Shown: positions 37,324 to 46,332, numbered from the stretch's first letter. The stretch: DNA of 64,000 nt from Anaerolineales bacterium (GCA_034434515.1 DAOTZA010000110.1:20429-84428), one strand, 5' to 3'. Numbers and translations: made by a program. The notes: a model not told the origin generated them from the sequence alone.

Positions 37324-38745
37324 TCAACTATTTGGCACAATTAATTCGTGAATAGCCCGCACAGCCCTTTGTTCATCAGCGCGATCGATGACCAGGGAAA
37401 TGGATACCTCCGATGAACCCTGAGCAATTGCAATGACATTGATCCCATTTGCACCTAATTTGCCGAAGATCCGTCCGGCAATGCCAGGTGTGCTGCGCAT
37501 CGCAGCCCCAACAATCGTAACAATCACGACCTCGTCGGTTGCCCAGATGCGATCAATGTCTCTGGTCGCCAATTCCCGGCTAAAAGCTTCATTCAAGGAT
37601 CGCAAAACAGTTTCAACAGACTTTTGCGGAACCGCAAAGCAAATCGATTGTTCTGAGGAGGCTTGCGTAATCAAGGGAACGCTCGTCCCGGTAGCTGCAA
37701 CAGCGCCAAAAGCTCGTGCGGCAACTCCGGGTACCCCTAGCATACCACGCCCCTCGATGGTCACCAGAGATTGCCCCTTGATTGAAGTTACCGCTTTGAT
37801 TACGCCATTGGTTTGCTTATCGTTCTCCACGGTCAAGAGAGTACCTGGATGCGAAGGGTTAAAGGTGTTCTTTACTCGAATAAGAATCCCGGCATCAATC
37901 AAGGGTTGCATGGTCTTGGGATGAACAACCTTTGCCCCATAGTAAGCCAGCTCACCGATTTCCCGAAAAGTCAACACATCAATGGTGGTTGCCTCTGGAA
38001 CAATCCGCGGATCGGCTGTCATCACACCATCGACATCCGTCCAAATCCAAACCTCCCTGGCCGGTAAACAGGCGCCCAATAAAGCTGCCGAGTAGTCACT
38101 GCCTCCGCGTCCAAGCGTAGTGGTAGTTCCATCCTCAGTCGCTGCAATGAAACCTGTCACAACCGGCACAATTTTGGAGCTTATTACAGGTAACAGCATT
38201 TCTTTGACTTTACGCTCCGTTTTTTCTCGAATCGGGTGAGCAGCTTGATAGGCGCTATCGGTCACAATCAACTTTGTAGCGTCCATAGACCTGGCTGAGA
38301 TTCCGCTAGCGTTTAAGTATTCAGCGAAAATGCGCACACACAGCATTTCACCAATCCCAGCGATCGCATCCAGGACGCGTGGCGTAGCTTCTCCAATGAT
38401 ATCAATCGCCCGACAGTATTCAGCAAACATGCTGATCAACTGATCGATTTGTTGCTTAACAAAGACTTTCCGTTCGGTCTCTTTAATTAGATCGTCCACT
38501 ACTTGATAATGTCGAGTAGTCAGGGCGCCGGCAATTTGTAAAACCTGATCATAGCGGCGATTTTTTGCCATTTCCGTGGAGCGAAGCAAATCATCGGTGA
38601 CTCCGGACATGGCTGATAAAACCACTACTGGCATCCATCCTTCCTTGATAGTGTTCTCTACAATACCTTTGACACCTGTCATTGCCTCGCTACTGCCAAC
38701 CGATGTACCCCCGAATTTCATTATTAGAAGTGGCTTATCTTTCAT
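37324..38745 (-). CDS. aspartate kinase (monofunctional, two C-terminal ACT domains)
   Basis: KFGGTSVG N-terminus, GRGGSDYSAALL, and WTDVDGVMTADPR. The ATG overlaps the upstream stop as ATGA. Confidence 0.93.
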   Translation of the reverse strand: MKDKPLLIMKFGGTSVGSSEAMTGVKGIVENTIKEGWMPVVVLSAMSGVTDDLLRSTEMAKNRRYDQVLQIAGALTTRHYQVVDDLIKETERKVFVKQQIDQLISMFAEYCRAIDIIGEATPRVLDAIAGIGEMLCVRIFAEYLNASGISARSMDATKLIVTDSAYQAAHPIREKTERKVKEMLLPVISSKIVPVVTGFIAATEDGTTTTLGRGGSDYSAALLGACLPAREVWIWTDVDGVMTADPRIVPEATTIDVLTFREIGELAYYGAKVVHPKTMQPLIDAGILIRVKNTFNPSHPGTLLTVENDKQTNGVIKAVTSIKGQSLVTIEGRGMLGVPGVAARAFGAVAATGTSVPLITQASSEQSICFAVPQKSVETVLRSLNEAFSRELATRDIDRIWATDEVVIVTIVGAAMRSTPGIAGRIFGKLGANGINVIAIAQGSSEVSISLVIDRADEQRAVRAIHELIVPNS

Positions 38746-41621
38746 CGTTCGTTCTCCTTGACAGAAATTACTGTTTGTCCTTCAAGTCGCCTGGCAAAAG
38801 CGGATAAAACCTCGTAGTAAGGCTTTATGCTGGGAATATAGTGTTTTTCGTTATACCCATGAGGATCAATACCACTCTGACCCCACACAACTCCCTGACC
38901 CGCTGGCGCAAAACGAGCGCTTGTAGCAGGTAATTTTTTGCCTATCCTGGGCGGCTCTTTGGCAACCTCTTGATACGCCTCCAGTAAAATCCGTAAATAG
39001 GGGTTTTCCGGACTGCAACGTATCCCTTTTTCGCATACCTTCAAGTGAAATTCCAGTTCATTTTGACGACATAGTTCTTCAAGATTCTTTACCAGTTCAT
39101 CGACATTTTCTTCAGGGATTGGGCGAACCTCTACACCCATAATAGCAAACTCTGGTGAGACATTGTACAAGCCCTCTTCCCCAATGCGCACAAAAGGTAT
39201 TTGAAATTGAGAATTCCACCGATCCGGGTTAGAAAGCTGGAGACTGCGCTGGAAAAGCTCAATCATTTTCTGCCGGAAGTCAAACAACTTGGCAGGCAGG
39301 TCTGCCTTTACCAGACTTCCAACAGAAGTTTGGCTCGTATGCGCCCGTGTGCCCCGCGCAATAATGTCAAACCGCATGATCCCTCGGTTGGAGGTACAGA
39401 TCTCACCCAGCAATTCATCGCCTTTTTCGCCAGTTCGCTCACCAGCAATAAATAACTCCGGTAAGGGGTATCCTTCGTTGCCAATCTGAGCCAAAACATG
39501 AGGTGTCCCCATCGGTTCAAACTCGCCATTTTCTTCATTGCCAACCAATAAAAGATTTACGGCTGGGTATGGTTCACTCTGCATTAGGCGGTCTTTGAAC
39601 CACACCAGATAAGTGGCTACCACTGTTTTCATATCCGCTGCCCCTCTACCGATAAGATAGTCTCCCTCTAAACGAGGCTGGAATTGAGATTCATCTGGAG
39701 CAGGTTGCACAACATCGAAATGTCCACTTAAAGTAACCGGGACATAAAGATGACCGGGGAATCCGATCAGTAAGGCAGGATATTTGTGTTTGTTGAAATA
39801 GCGAACTTCCAGGCCACTTCTTTCAGCATAGTTACAAATAAACGAAGCAGCAGAAGCCACATCTTCCAATCTCTCATTCGTACAGGCAGTTACGGATGGA
39901 ATTTGGATGAGTTGCATGGCAAGGTCAACGATTTCTGAGGTCTTATCAGCATAAACTTTGATGACTTGTAGCGGTCGCACCGGCTTAAATGAGATGGGAA
40001 TATTGGGGTATTGACGATACTCATCGCGACCGCGTTGGATCAGGTTCTCCAATTTATTTACCTCATTCCCCAAACGATAGAGTTCACCTTGGATCGTGGC
40101 GATATCGTTCTTGACCGCTTCTTCACGCTCTTCGGCTAATCTCTGTAAATACTCAAGGGGGATCTCGTCGACCTCGCCCAGTTCCTGCAAAACACGCCGA
40201 CGGATCTTCTGGGAGGTATTGGGTGCACCCTTTGACATTTCGACCAAGGGGTTAAGGAATGAAGTCATTTCTAACCCCTCTGCCAGTGGCGTGACTTCTT
40301 CCAAAACCCATCCCAAAAATTCCCGCACTCTGATGGGTTTCCCACTGAGAGGATTTTCGATTTCGGCATCTAGGCCATGGCGAGCAGCTTTTTCTTCATT
40401 GCGCCTAGCGCGCTCAATATCTTCTGTATCATACCGAAAGCTCACCGCAAAGGATGGATCGCTATAAAAACGGAGCAATAGAAGATATTTTAGAGTCAGA
40501 TTTGCCAAATCCGTCTCCATGTCATGTCCCCCCTCGTCACAGCGTACCTCAACCCTGGACATCGGGATATTAATCCGTGCCAGGAGATTCTGTTTTTCAA
40601 TTTCTCTTGCCATTTCTTCAGCTTGATCGTCTTTGCTAGCGGTGTAAAGACCTCGTGCATATAATTGGCGCAATTGGTCGGAGGTGATCGCGATCAAGCG
40701 CTCTACCGGTTCAGAAAAGGAACGCGCCCGAACCGGAGTCCAGTTGTTATTTCCAAATCGAATCCCTTTACGAACCAACTCATAAGAAATGCGCAAATAG
40801 TCCTCATATGAGCGATATAGGCCAGGCAAATCCAACAAAATGGGATTCGGAAAGGTCATGTTGCGAACCGAATCGGCTTTGGCGAGAACAATTACCTGCT
40901 TTCCGTTGCGATACTGGCTGACAAAGGGCGTCGAAGCGGTTGTCGCAATGAAAAGGGCTGCAAAAGCTCTGAGCAGTCGCGTGGAGCGGATATACACATA
41001 ATTTTTATATTCGTCGAGATGCTGAAAAGGTTGACTGATATGGTTGGCTAAATTTTGATTTTGGTGGACAAAATCCCAGGAGAGCAAAGTTTCTGGTAAA
41101 GAAAGATTTGTATGGATTCCCGCTGTCGCTAAGGCTGCTCCATATAAATCCACACATCGCTCAAGGTAACGTCGTTTGGCTAAATTCCATGAACCTGGGA
41201 TACAATCCTTGCCAAACTGGGGTTGAAAGAGCAAGTTTCCATGCCAGTAATAAAACCTTTCGCCAAATTTTTCGCTGGCTTGATGTAGGGCATTAATTAA
41301 GACCGCCTCCAATATTCTTGACTCATATACAGCTCCAATCAAATGATAATAGGGTCGCGTTGCCCACTCGATCATCCAGTGATAGACCTCTAATTGAGAT
41401 AGGGATCGGAAGGAAGGCGGTAGAATTTCATCACGCAGATAATCCACAAACGAAATCCGTTCCGGGCCTGACCCAACTGTCAATAGCGGCCAGAGACGCG
41501 AGTCGAGCATATTCCACTCTAGCTCATAACCGCAGATGCCGCTTTGTGGATTGGTCTGCTCTGCTACTTCTAGAGCATGACGAAATTTTTCCACAAACAA
41601 ATTTGGCTGATAATCACTCAT
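38742..41621 (-). CDS. fusion protein: GshA-like ATP-dependent carboxylate-amine ligase (N-terminal ~560 aa) + M20 metallo-amidohydrolase (C-terminal ~400 aa)
   Basis: N-terminal landmarks are GYELEWNML, MIEWATRP, AGIHTNLSLPE, NNNWTPVRARSF and RVEVRCDEGG, compared by memory with E. coli gamma-glutamylcysteine ligase. C-terminal M20 metal motifs are SGHFDVV, GRGAADMK and GNEENGE. Start at ATG 41621 behind GGAGG, overlapping the aminotransferase stop (ATGA). Confidence 0.75.
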   Translation of the reverse strand: MSDYQPNLFVEKFRHALEVAEQTNPQSGICGYELEWNMLDSRLWPLLTVGSGPERISFVDYLRDEILPPSFRSLSQLEVYHWMIEWATRPYYHLIGAVYESRILEAVLINALHQASEKFGERFYYWHGNLLFQPQFGKDCIPGSWNLAKRRYLERCVDLYGAALATAGIHTNLSLPETLLSWDFVHQNQNLANHISQPFQHLDEYKNYVYIRSTRLLRAFAALFIATTASTPFVSQYRNGKQVIVLAKADSVRNMTFPNPILLDLPGLYRSYEDYLRISYELVRKGIRFGNNNWTPVRARSFSEPVERLIAITSDQLRQLYARGLYTASKDDQAEEMAREIEKQNLLARINIPMSRVEVRCDEGGHDMETDLANLTLKYLLLLRFYSDPSFAVSFRYDTEDIERARRNEEKAARHGLDAEIENPLSGKPIRVREFLGWVLEEVTPLAEGLEMTSFLNPLVEMSKGAPNTSQKIRRRVLQELGEVDEIPLEYLQRLAEEREEAVKNDIATIQGELYRLGNEVNKLENLIQRGRDEYRQYPNIPISFKPVRPLQVIKVYADKTSEIVDLAMQLIQIPSVTACTNERLEDVASAASFICNYAERSGLEVRYFNKHKYPALLIGFPGHLYVPVTLSGHFDVVQPAPDESQFQPRLEGDYLIGRGAADMKTVVATYLVWFKDRLMQSEPYPAVNLLLVGNEENGEFEPMGTPHVLAQIGNEGYPLPELFIAGERTGEKGDELLGEICTSNRGIMRFDIIARGTRAHTSQTSVGSLVKADLPAKLFDFRQKMIELFQRSLQLSNPDRWNSQFQIPFVRIGEEGLYNVSPEFAIMGVEVRPIPEENVDELVKNLEELCRQNELEFHLKVCEKGIRCSPENPYLRILLEAYQEVAKEPPRIGKKLPATSARFAPAGQGVVWGQSGIDPHGYNEKHYIPSIKPYYEVLSAFARRLEGQTVISVKENER

Positions 41622-42934
41622 AAGGCCTCCAGGCTCTTCAAACCTTGAACCAGGCGTTCCAAAGCGCCTAACGTTCTTTCTACTGGTGTCGCATAAGAGA
41701 AGCGGATCCATTCTCCGCCATAAGCAGAGAAGAACGCACCCGGTACCACCGCTAAACCAAATTCTTCAGCAAAATACTGGCCCATCGGTTCTGTATCTGT
41801 CCACCCCTTTGCTTTCAACCACGCTCCAACATGGATAAAAGCATAATAACCTTTCCCCAGTATGTACTTGAACTGATGTTTATCCAGGAATTCTTTTAAA
41901 GCCTTGCGGCTGGCATTGGTAGGCTCGACAATGGGTTTGGAAGCTTTATCATACCCCATCTGATAAGCTGCCATAGCTACCGCCAAAGAAAAATACGGTG
42001 GCATGACCGTATGCGATGCCCGCGAAACGATGAACTTAATCACTTCTTCTGAAGCAATTAAATGACTATTGCGGATATTCGAACCACCCAGGCTTTTGGT
42101 TATTCCATCCAAAAATATTAACCGCTTTCGTTCCTCTTTTGTAAAATATTGTAAGAAGGAATTAAGATCCATGGGCTGTTCATCCGTCACGTAATGGTAC
42201 ATCCAATCAAACAACACGAATGCCACCCCAATCTCTAAAGCTTTCTTTGCCAGGCTGACTTGCCTTTCAACCGATAATGTCAATCCGGTTGGATTATCAG
42301 GATTGGTAATAACCAAACAAGCAACCTTGCGTCCCAGTTTGGCTGCATAATCCACACATTCCTGAATGCTCTCCTCAGTATATGCCCAGCCATTTTCTGG
42401 TTCTCCAGGGGCATAAAGGACATTTGCGCCAATTCCATAAGGTCCCCAATTGTAGGAAATCCAAGGCACTCTGGAAACGATGATCACGTCGCCAATGCGG
42501 CCGTATCCAAGCGATAGCATCGCTTGATAGGCTTTTACCAAAGCATCTCGCCCCCCGGCTGTACCAACTACATTGGCCGGCGTAATTCCCAACGGAGAAT
42601 CAAGTTTCCAGTAATCTTCAATCACCGAACGACGGAAATCATCTGTCCCGTAGGGCATATCGTAGGATGTCCCATGTTTGATTTGCATTTCGGCGGCTTT
42701 TTCTAGGATTTCTGGCAGGACTCCAGGCAAGCTGGCGCCTCCATCTCCTTGAGACGCATCGAAAATGGGCTGTCCGGGATATTTCTCTTGAAAAACCTTC
42801 AAAGATTTATTAATCAGGAACATTCGCGAGGGAGGAATGTCCATCATTTTTCTCAAATAATCATTGACTGGGATTAAGTTCTCCTGAGGAACTGCGAAGA
42901 CCGGTTGATCAAGGGGGGCAAGATTTTCCATCAT
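41618..42934 (-). CDS. divergent class I/II pyridoxal-phosphate aminotransferase, substrate unknown
   Basis: TNPDNPTG and the Lys motif GITKSLGGSNIRNS. An unusual N-terminal FDASQGDGGASLPG replaces the usual GEPDF motif. Confidence 0.85.
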   Translation of the reverse strand: MMENLAPLDQPVFAVPQENLIPVNDYLRKMMDIPPSRMFLINKSLKVFQEKYPGQPIFDASQGDGGASLPGVLPEILEKAAEMQIKHGTSYDMPYGTDDFRRSVIEDYWKLDSPLGITPANVVGTAGGRDALVKAYQAMLSLGYGRIGDVIIVSRVPWISYNWGPYGIGANVLYAPGEPENGWAYTEESIQECVDYAAKLGRKVACLVITNPDNPTGLTLSVERQVSLAKKALEIGVAFVLFDWMYHYVTDEQPMDLNSFLQYFTKEERKRLIFLDGITKSLGGSNIRNSHLIASEEVIKFIVSRASHTVMPPYFSLAVAMAAYQMGYDKASKPIVEPTNASRKALKEFLDKHQFKYILGKGYYAFIHVGAWLKAKGWTDTEPMGQYFAEEFGLAVVPGAFFSAYGGEWIRFSYATPVERTLGALERLVQGLKSLEAL

Positions 42935-42960
42935 TCACTCCTTTTCGTTTTCTTTATGAT

Positions 42961-42985
42961 AAAAAAACGCCCCAGATGGGGCGTT
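42961..42985 (-). terminator. intrinsic terminator / attenuator hairpin (AACGCCCC-ATCT-GGGGCGTT + U7) 26 nt upstream of the aminotransferase start
   Basis: Read on the minus strand: an 8-bp GC-rich stem, a 4-nt loop, and seven T. Located inside the 5' leader of the operon. Confidence 0.75.
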
Positions 42986-43014
42986 TTGGTTAATCGGTTT
43001 TCTTCACTAGCCAA

Positions 43015-43092
43015 TTAAGCGCGAACGCCCCACCGGTTTGGGTAGGTAGTGGTGGTCATCGTATTGGTGGTGGTCGCGCAGTCTGACATCAT
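43015..43092 (-). CDS. 25-codon Thr-rich leader peptide MMSDCATTTNTMTTTTYPNRWGVRA
   Basis: ATGATG at 43092 through TAA at 43017-43015. Eight of 25 codons are Thr (ACC x6, ACG, ACT), in two runs. Too short for the ORF track. Positioned between a promoter and a terminator hairpin. Confidence 0.6.
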   Translation of the reverse strand: MMSDCATTTNTMTTTTYPNRWGVRA

Positions 43093-43102
43093 ATTGGGCG
43101 CT

Positions 43103-43131
43103 AATATATCACCTGAAAAACAATCCGTCAA
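43103..43131 (-). promoter_or_regulatory. sigma-70-type promoter (TTGACG-17-TATATT) of the leader/aspartokinase operon
   Basis: Minus strand: TTGACG at 43131-43126, a 17-nt spacer, and TATATT at 43108-43103. The leader ATG is 10 nt downstream. Confidence 0.6.
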
Positions 43132-43151
43132 GGGATAAATTGCCAAAAAAA

Positions 43152-44111
43152 TTAAATGTGCCGCAAGATTACATATTCTGACAGTTCTTTGAGGGCTTTT
43201 TGTTCTTCACACGCAGGACGGTCTTCTAAAATTTCAACTGCTTGACGAATATAATCGCGAGCAATTTGAAAAGCGTCCTGAACAGCTCCACTTTCCCGAA
43301 TATCTGTGACTAGTTTGTCGATATTAGCTTTTTCGCCTCCAAGAACCGCCTGGACTTCTTGATCTTCTGGATACTTTTCTAAGTAACAGATAAAAGGCAA
43401 AGTAATCAGACCTTGTCGCAAATCATTTGCGACCGGTTTACCGACCGTTTCTTGAGCACCGGTAAAATCGAGGATGTCATCCACAATCTGAAATGCCATT
43501 CCCAACGCATAACCAAATTGACGCATCGATTCGACTTCGGCATCAGAGATATCGCTTAAATGCGCCGCCGCACTCGAAGCCAACTCAAATAATGAAGCCG
43601 TTTTAGCGTAAATTCTCTTGAAGTATTCTTCCCGAGTCGAATATCGATGAGTAGAAAACAACTGATCGATTTCCCCATTGACAATAATTGCCAGGGTTTT
43701 GGCAAACTGCTTCATCAAATATACGGACTCGGTTTCTGCAGCGCAACGAGCAGCTTGAGCAAAGATATAGTCACCGGTTAAAACAGTTGCCGCAGGAGAC
43801 CATTTAGCATTTAACGTAGCGATACCTCGGCGTAGTAAAGCGCCGTCAATCAAATCGTCATGAACCAACGTTGCGGTGTGGAGCAATTCGATGGCAGCGC
43901 TCAAGGAAACTAACTTTTGAATATCACCCTGATACATCCGGCCAGTCAGTAGAGCTACGGCTGGACGTATGCGTTTGCCACCCGAAGATAATAAATGTTC
44001 AAGCGCATTGGACAACTCTTGATGATGATGGTCATCCAAAGCGCGCATTCGGTTTTCGACTTTGGACAAGTCAGAAAGAATTGGAGCGAGAAAATTTTGT
44101 GGTGGATTCAC
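43152..44111 (-). CDS. polyprenyl diphosphate synthase (long-chain, hepta/octaprenyl type)
   Basis: First and second Asp-rich motifs LVHDDLID and QIVDDILDF. Confidence 0.9.
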   Translation of the reverse strand: MNPPQNFLAPILSDLSKVENRMRALDDHHHQELSNALEHLLSSGGKRIRPAVALLTGRMYQGDIQKLVSLSAAIELLHTATLVHDDLIDGALLRRGIATLNAKWSPAATVLTGDYIFAQAARCAAETESVYLMKQFAKTLAIIVNGEIDQLFSTHRYSTREEYFKRIYAKTASLFELASSAAAHLSDISDAEVESMRQFGYALGMAFQIVDDILDFTGAQETVGKPVANDLRQGLITLPFICYLEKYPEDQEVQAVLGGEKANIDKLVTDIRESGAVQDAFQIARDYIRQAVEILEDRPACEEQKALKELSEYVILRHI

Positions 44112-44112
44112 G

Positions 44113-44910
44113 TCAATCTATTCCAAAAAGATTTTGAGCATTAAATGTTGTCACATTGGCGAGAGATTCCATCGAATTGCCCGTTAAATTTACCATCTCT
44201 TGCAGAGTGTAATTGAGATAAGCCGGTTCATTTCGCTTCCCGCGTTGAGGTTGAGGGCTCAGATACGGCGCATCTGTTTCCAGGAGTAGAAACTGCGGGG
44301 GAACACCCATAACTACTTCTTTGACCTTATGCGCCTTGGGAAACGTGACTACTCCGCTTATCCCAATCGAGAAACCCAGATCAATCATCCGTTGCGCCCA
44401 CCCAACATCCTCGGAAAAAGAATGCAGAACGCCTATCCGCTTTTTGTTTGCTTGCAGGACTGTTGTTTGCGCTTCAGCCCATTTTTTCAGGATTGGATAC
44501 ATTTCCTCTATAGCATTGCGATTGTGAATGATCACCGGTAAACCTGCTTCCGAAGCCAGTTCCAATTGCCGTTGCAGGCGAGTTTTTTGCTCAGCTAATG
44601 AAACGTACCCGCGATAGGTATCCAAACCAATCTCGCCTACTGCAAGTACTTTCGGATGAAATAACAACTCCTGAATCTGTCTCAACTCTTCATCAATATT
44701 TAATACCTGGCTGTTTGGATGAATTCCTACAGCGGCGTAAATCTCTGTGTATAGCTCCGCTAAATGAATTGTTTGTCGGCTGGTTTCCGCATCAATCCCA
44801 ACAACAATCATCCCCGTGACTTGATTGTCAATAGCACGCCCAATCACTTCAGCTAGGTCTGCTTTAAATTCAGGCAAATATAAGTGGCAATGCGTATCAA
44901 TCAGCACCAT
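44113..44910 (-). CDS. tatD: TatD-family metal-dependent hydrolase
   Basis: IDTHCHL N-terminal motif, EIGLD, and HSF...D motifs. Confidence 0.9.
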   Translation of the reverse strand: MVLIDTHCHLYLPEFKADLAEVIGRAIDNQVTGMIVVGIDAETSRQTIHLAELYTEIYAAVGIHPNSQVLNIDEELRQIQELLFHPKVLAVGEIGLDTYRGYVSLAEQKTRLQRQLELASEAGLPVIIHNRNAIEEMYPILKKWAEAQTTVLQANKKRIGVLHSFSEDVGWAQRMIDLGFSIGISGVVTFPKAHKVKEVVMGVPPQFLLLETDAPYLSPQPQRGKRNEPAYLNYTLQEMVNLTGNSMESLANVTTFNAQNLFGID

Positions 44911-44913
44911 GCG

Positions 44914-46332
44914 TCACCGCACACCCGCAATTTTCAATCCATCCTGGAGAATTTGATCAACTCGATCCGCATAGGTCGTTTCAGTATACACGCGAATAAT
45001 TGGTTCTGTTCCAGAGAACCGAATCAGCAACCATCCACCATCTTCCAATGAGAATTTGAAGCCATCGGTCGTATCCAGGCTGGTTACAGCGAGTCCCCCA
45101 ATCGAGGGAGGATTTGCCGTGAGGATCTTTTCCTCGTACTCCTTTCGGTTGCCATCAAATGGAGTGTCGATCCGAGAATAATAGTGTGCACCGACAACAC
45201 GAAACAGTAAATCAACCAGTTGCGAGGGCTTCTTCCCAAGTTCAACCATCATATCCAGAAGGTAAAGAGCTGCCAAAATGCCGTCTCTTTCAGGTACATG
45301 CCCATGAAAGGCATAGCCACCGGATTCTTCGCCTCCGATCATGGCATGGGTTTCCAGCATCTTTGGCGCTACATATTTAAACCCGACTCCGGTTTCATAG
45401 ACCGGAACACCATAAATTTTGCCCAGTTTGTTCAACATGGTTGTTGTCGAAAGGGTTTTCACAATCGGTCCTCGTTCCCCTTTCACTTCCAGAAGATAAT
45501 AAGCTAATAATCCAAATACCCTCAATTGATCAATAAAAACACCTTTTTCATCTCCAACACCAACCCGATCAGCATCTCCATCGGTGATGATCAAAACGTC
45601 CGATTGAGTGTCCAGGACGGCTTTTAATCCCTCGTTGATGTTGGGTGGAATAGGTTCTGGTCGCTTCATGCCGGGAAAGATAGGATTGCGTTGATTGTGT
45701 ATTTCAATTACAGTGGTCGTTCCACCTTCAAGTAAACGGGGAAACCAGCCAATACCGTTGCCCCACATTGGATCGACACATATTCGTAAACCAGAACGAC
45801 GGATTTTTTCAAGATCGACCAGACTGTGAAGTTGCTGAATGTAAGCGGGAGCCGGATCAAATAGGCGGATCTTACCGGCCTGATGGCCTTGTTCAAAAGG
45901 CATTCGGTTAATGCCAACCTCGTCCTGCGGGATTCGATTTTCAATCTCTACCAGATTTTTCGGATCAATCGCGCCTCCGAATTCATTGCGCACTTTAAAG
46001 CCATTGTCGGTCGGCGGATTATGAGAAGCAGTGATATTAATTCCGCCGGCTGCACCCTTTTCGACTATTGAATAAGCGATCACTGGCGTTGGGGTTGCTG
46101 TTTCTGTCAACCAGACTCCAAATCCATTGCCGGCCATCACCTCTGCCGCGGCTGCGGCAAAATTTTCTGAATGAAACCGACGATCATATCCGATAACGAC
46201 ATCCTCACCTTTATAACCAAAATCTTTCAAAAAATTAGCAAATCCCTGAGCGCAACGCCTCACATTCAAAAAGGTATAATCTTCGGCAATTACACCACGC
46301 CAACCATCAGTCCCGAACTTGATTTGAATCAT
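44914..46332 (-). CDS. phosphoglucomutase/phosphomannomutase family protein
   Basis: FGTDGWRG, active-site [13 protein letters not shown], Mg loop DGDADR, and GEESGG. GGAGG lies 5 nt before ATG 46332. Confidence 0.9.
   Translation of the reverse strand: MIQIKFGTDGWRGVIAEDYTFLNVRRCAQGFANFLKDFGYKGEDVVIGYDRRFHSENFAAAAAEVMAGNGFGVWLTETATPTPVIAYSIVEKGAAGGINITASHNPPTDNGFKVRNEFGGAIDPKNLVEIENRIPQDEVGINRMPFEQGHQAGKIRLFDPAPAYIQQLHSLVDLEKIRRSGLRICVDPMWGNGIGWFPRLLEGGTTTVIEIHNQRNPIFPGMKRPEPIPPNINEGLKAVLDTQSDVLIITDGDADRVGVGDEKGVFIDQLRVFGLLAYYLLEVKGERGPIVKTLSTTTMLNKLGKIYGVPVYETGVGFKYVAPKMLETHAMIGGEESGGYAFHGHVPERDGILAALYLLDMMVELGKKPSQLVDLLFRVVGAHYYSRIDTPFDGNRKEYEEKILTANPPSIGGLAVTSLDTTDGFKFSLEDGGWLLIRFSGTEPIIRVYTETTYADRVDQILQDGLKIAGVR

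Noticed and set aside
41622-41711. Longer start (MDPLLL...) for the ligase::M20 fusion overlapping the aminotransferase by 94 nt
   Set aside because: ATG 41621 is preceded by GGAGG and forms an ATGA overlap with the aminotransferase stop. The same coupling is used at the next junction in the operon.
42961-42985. Reading the GC-rich hairpin simply as the terminator of the upstream polyprenyl synthase gene
   Set aside because: This is not fully excluded. However, a consensus promoter and the Thr-rich ORF lie between that gene's stop (43152) and the hairpin. The ORF also carries an exact copy of the hairpin's 3' arm, which a plain terminator would not need. A dual role is possible.
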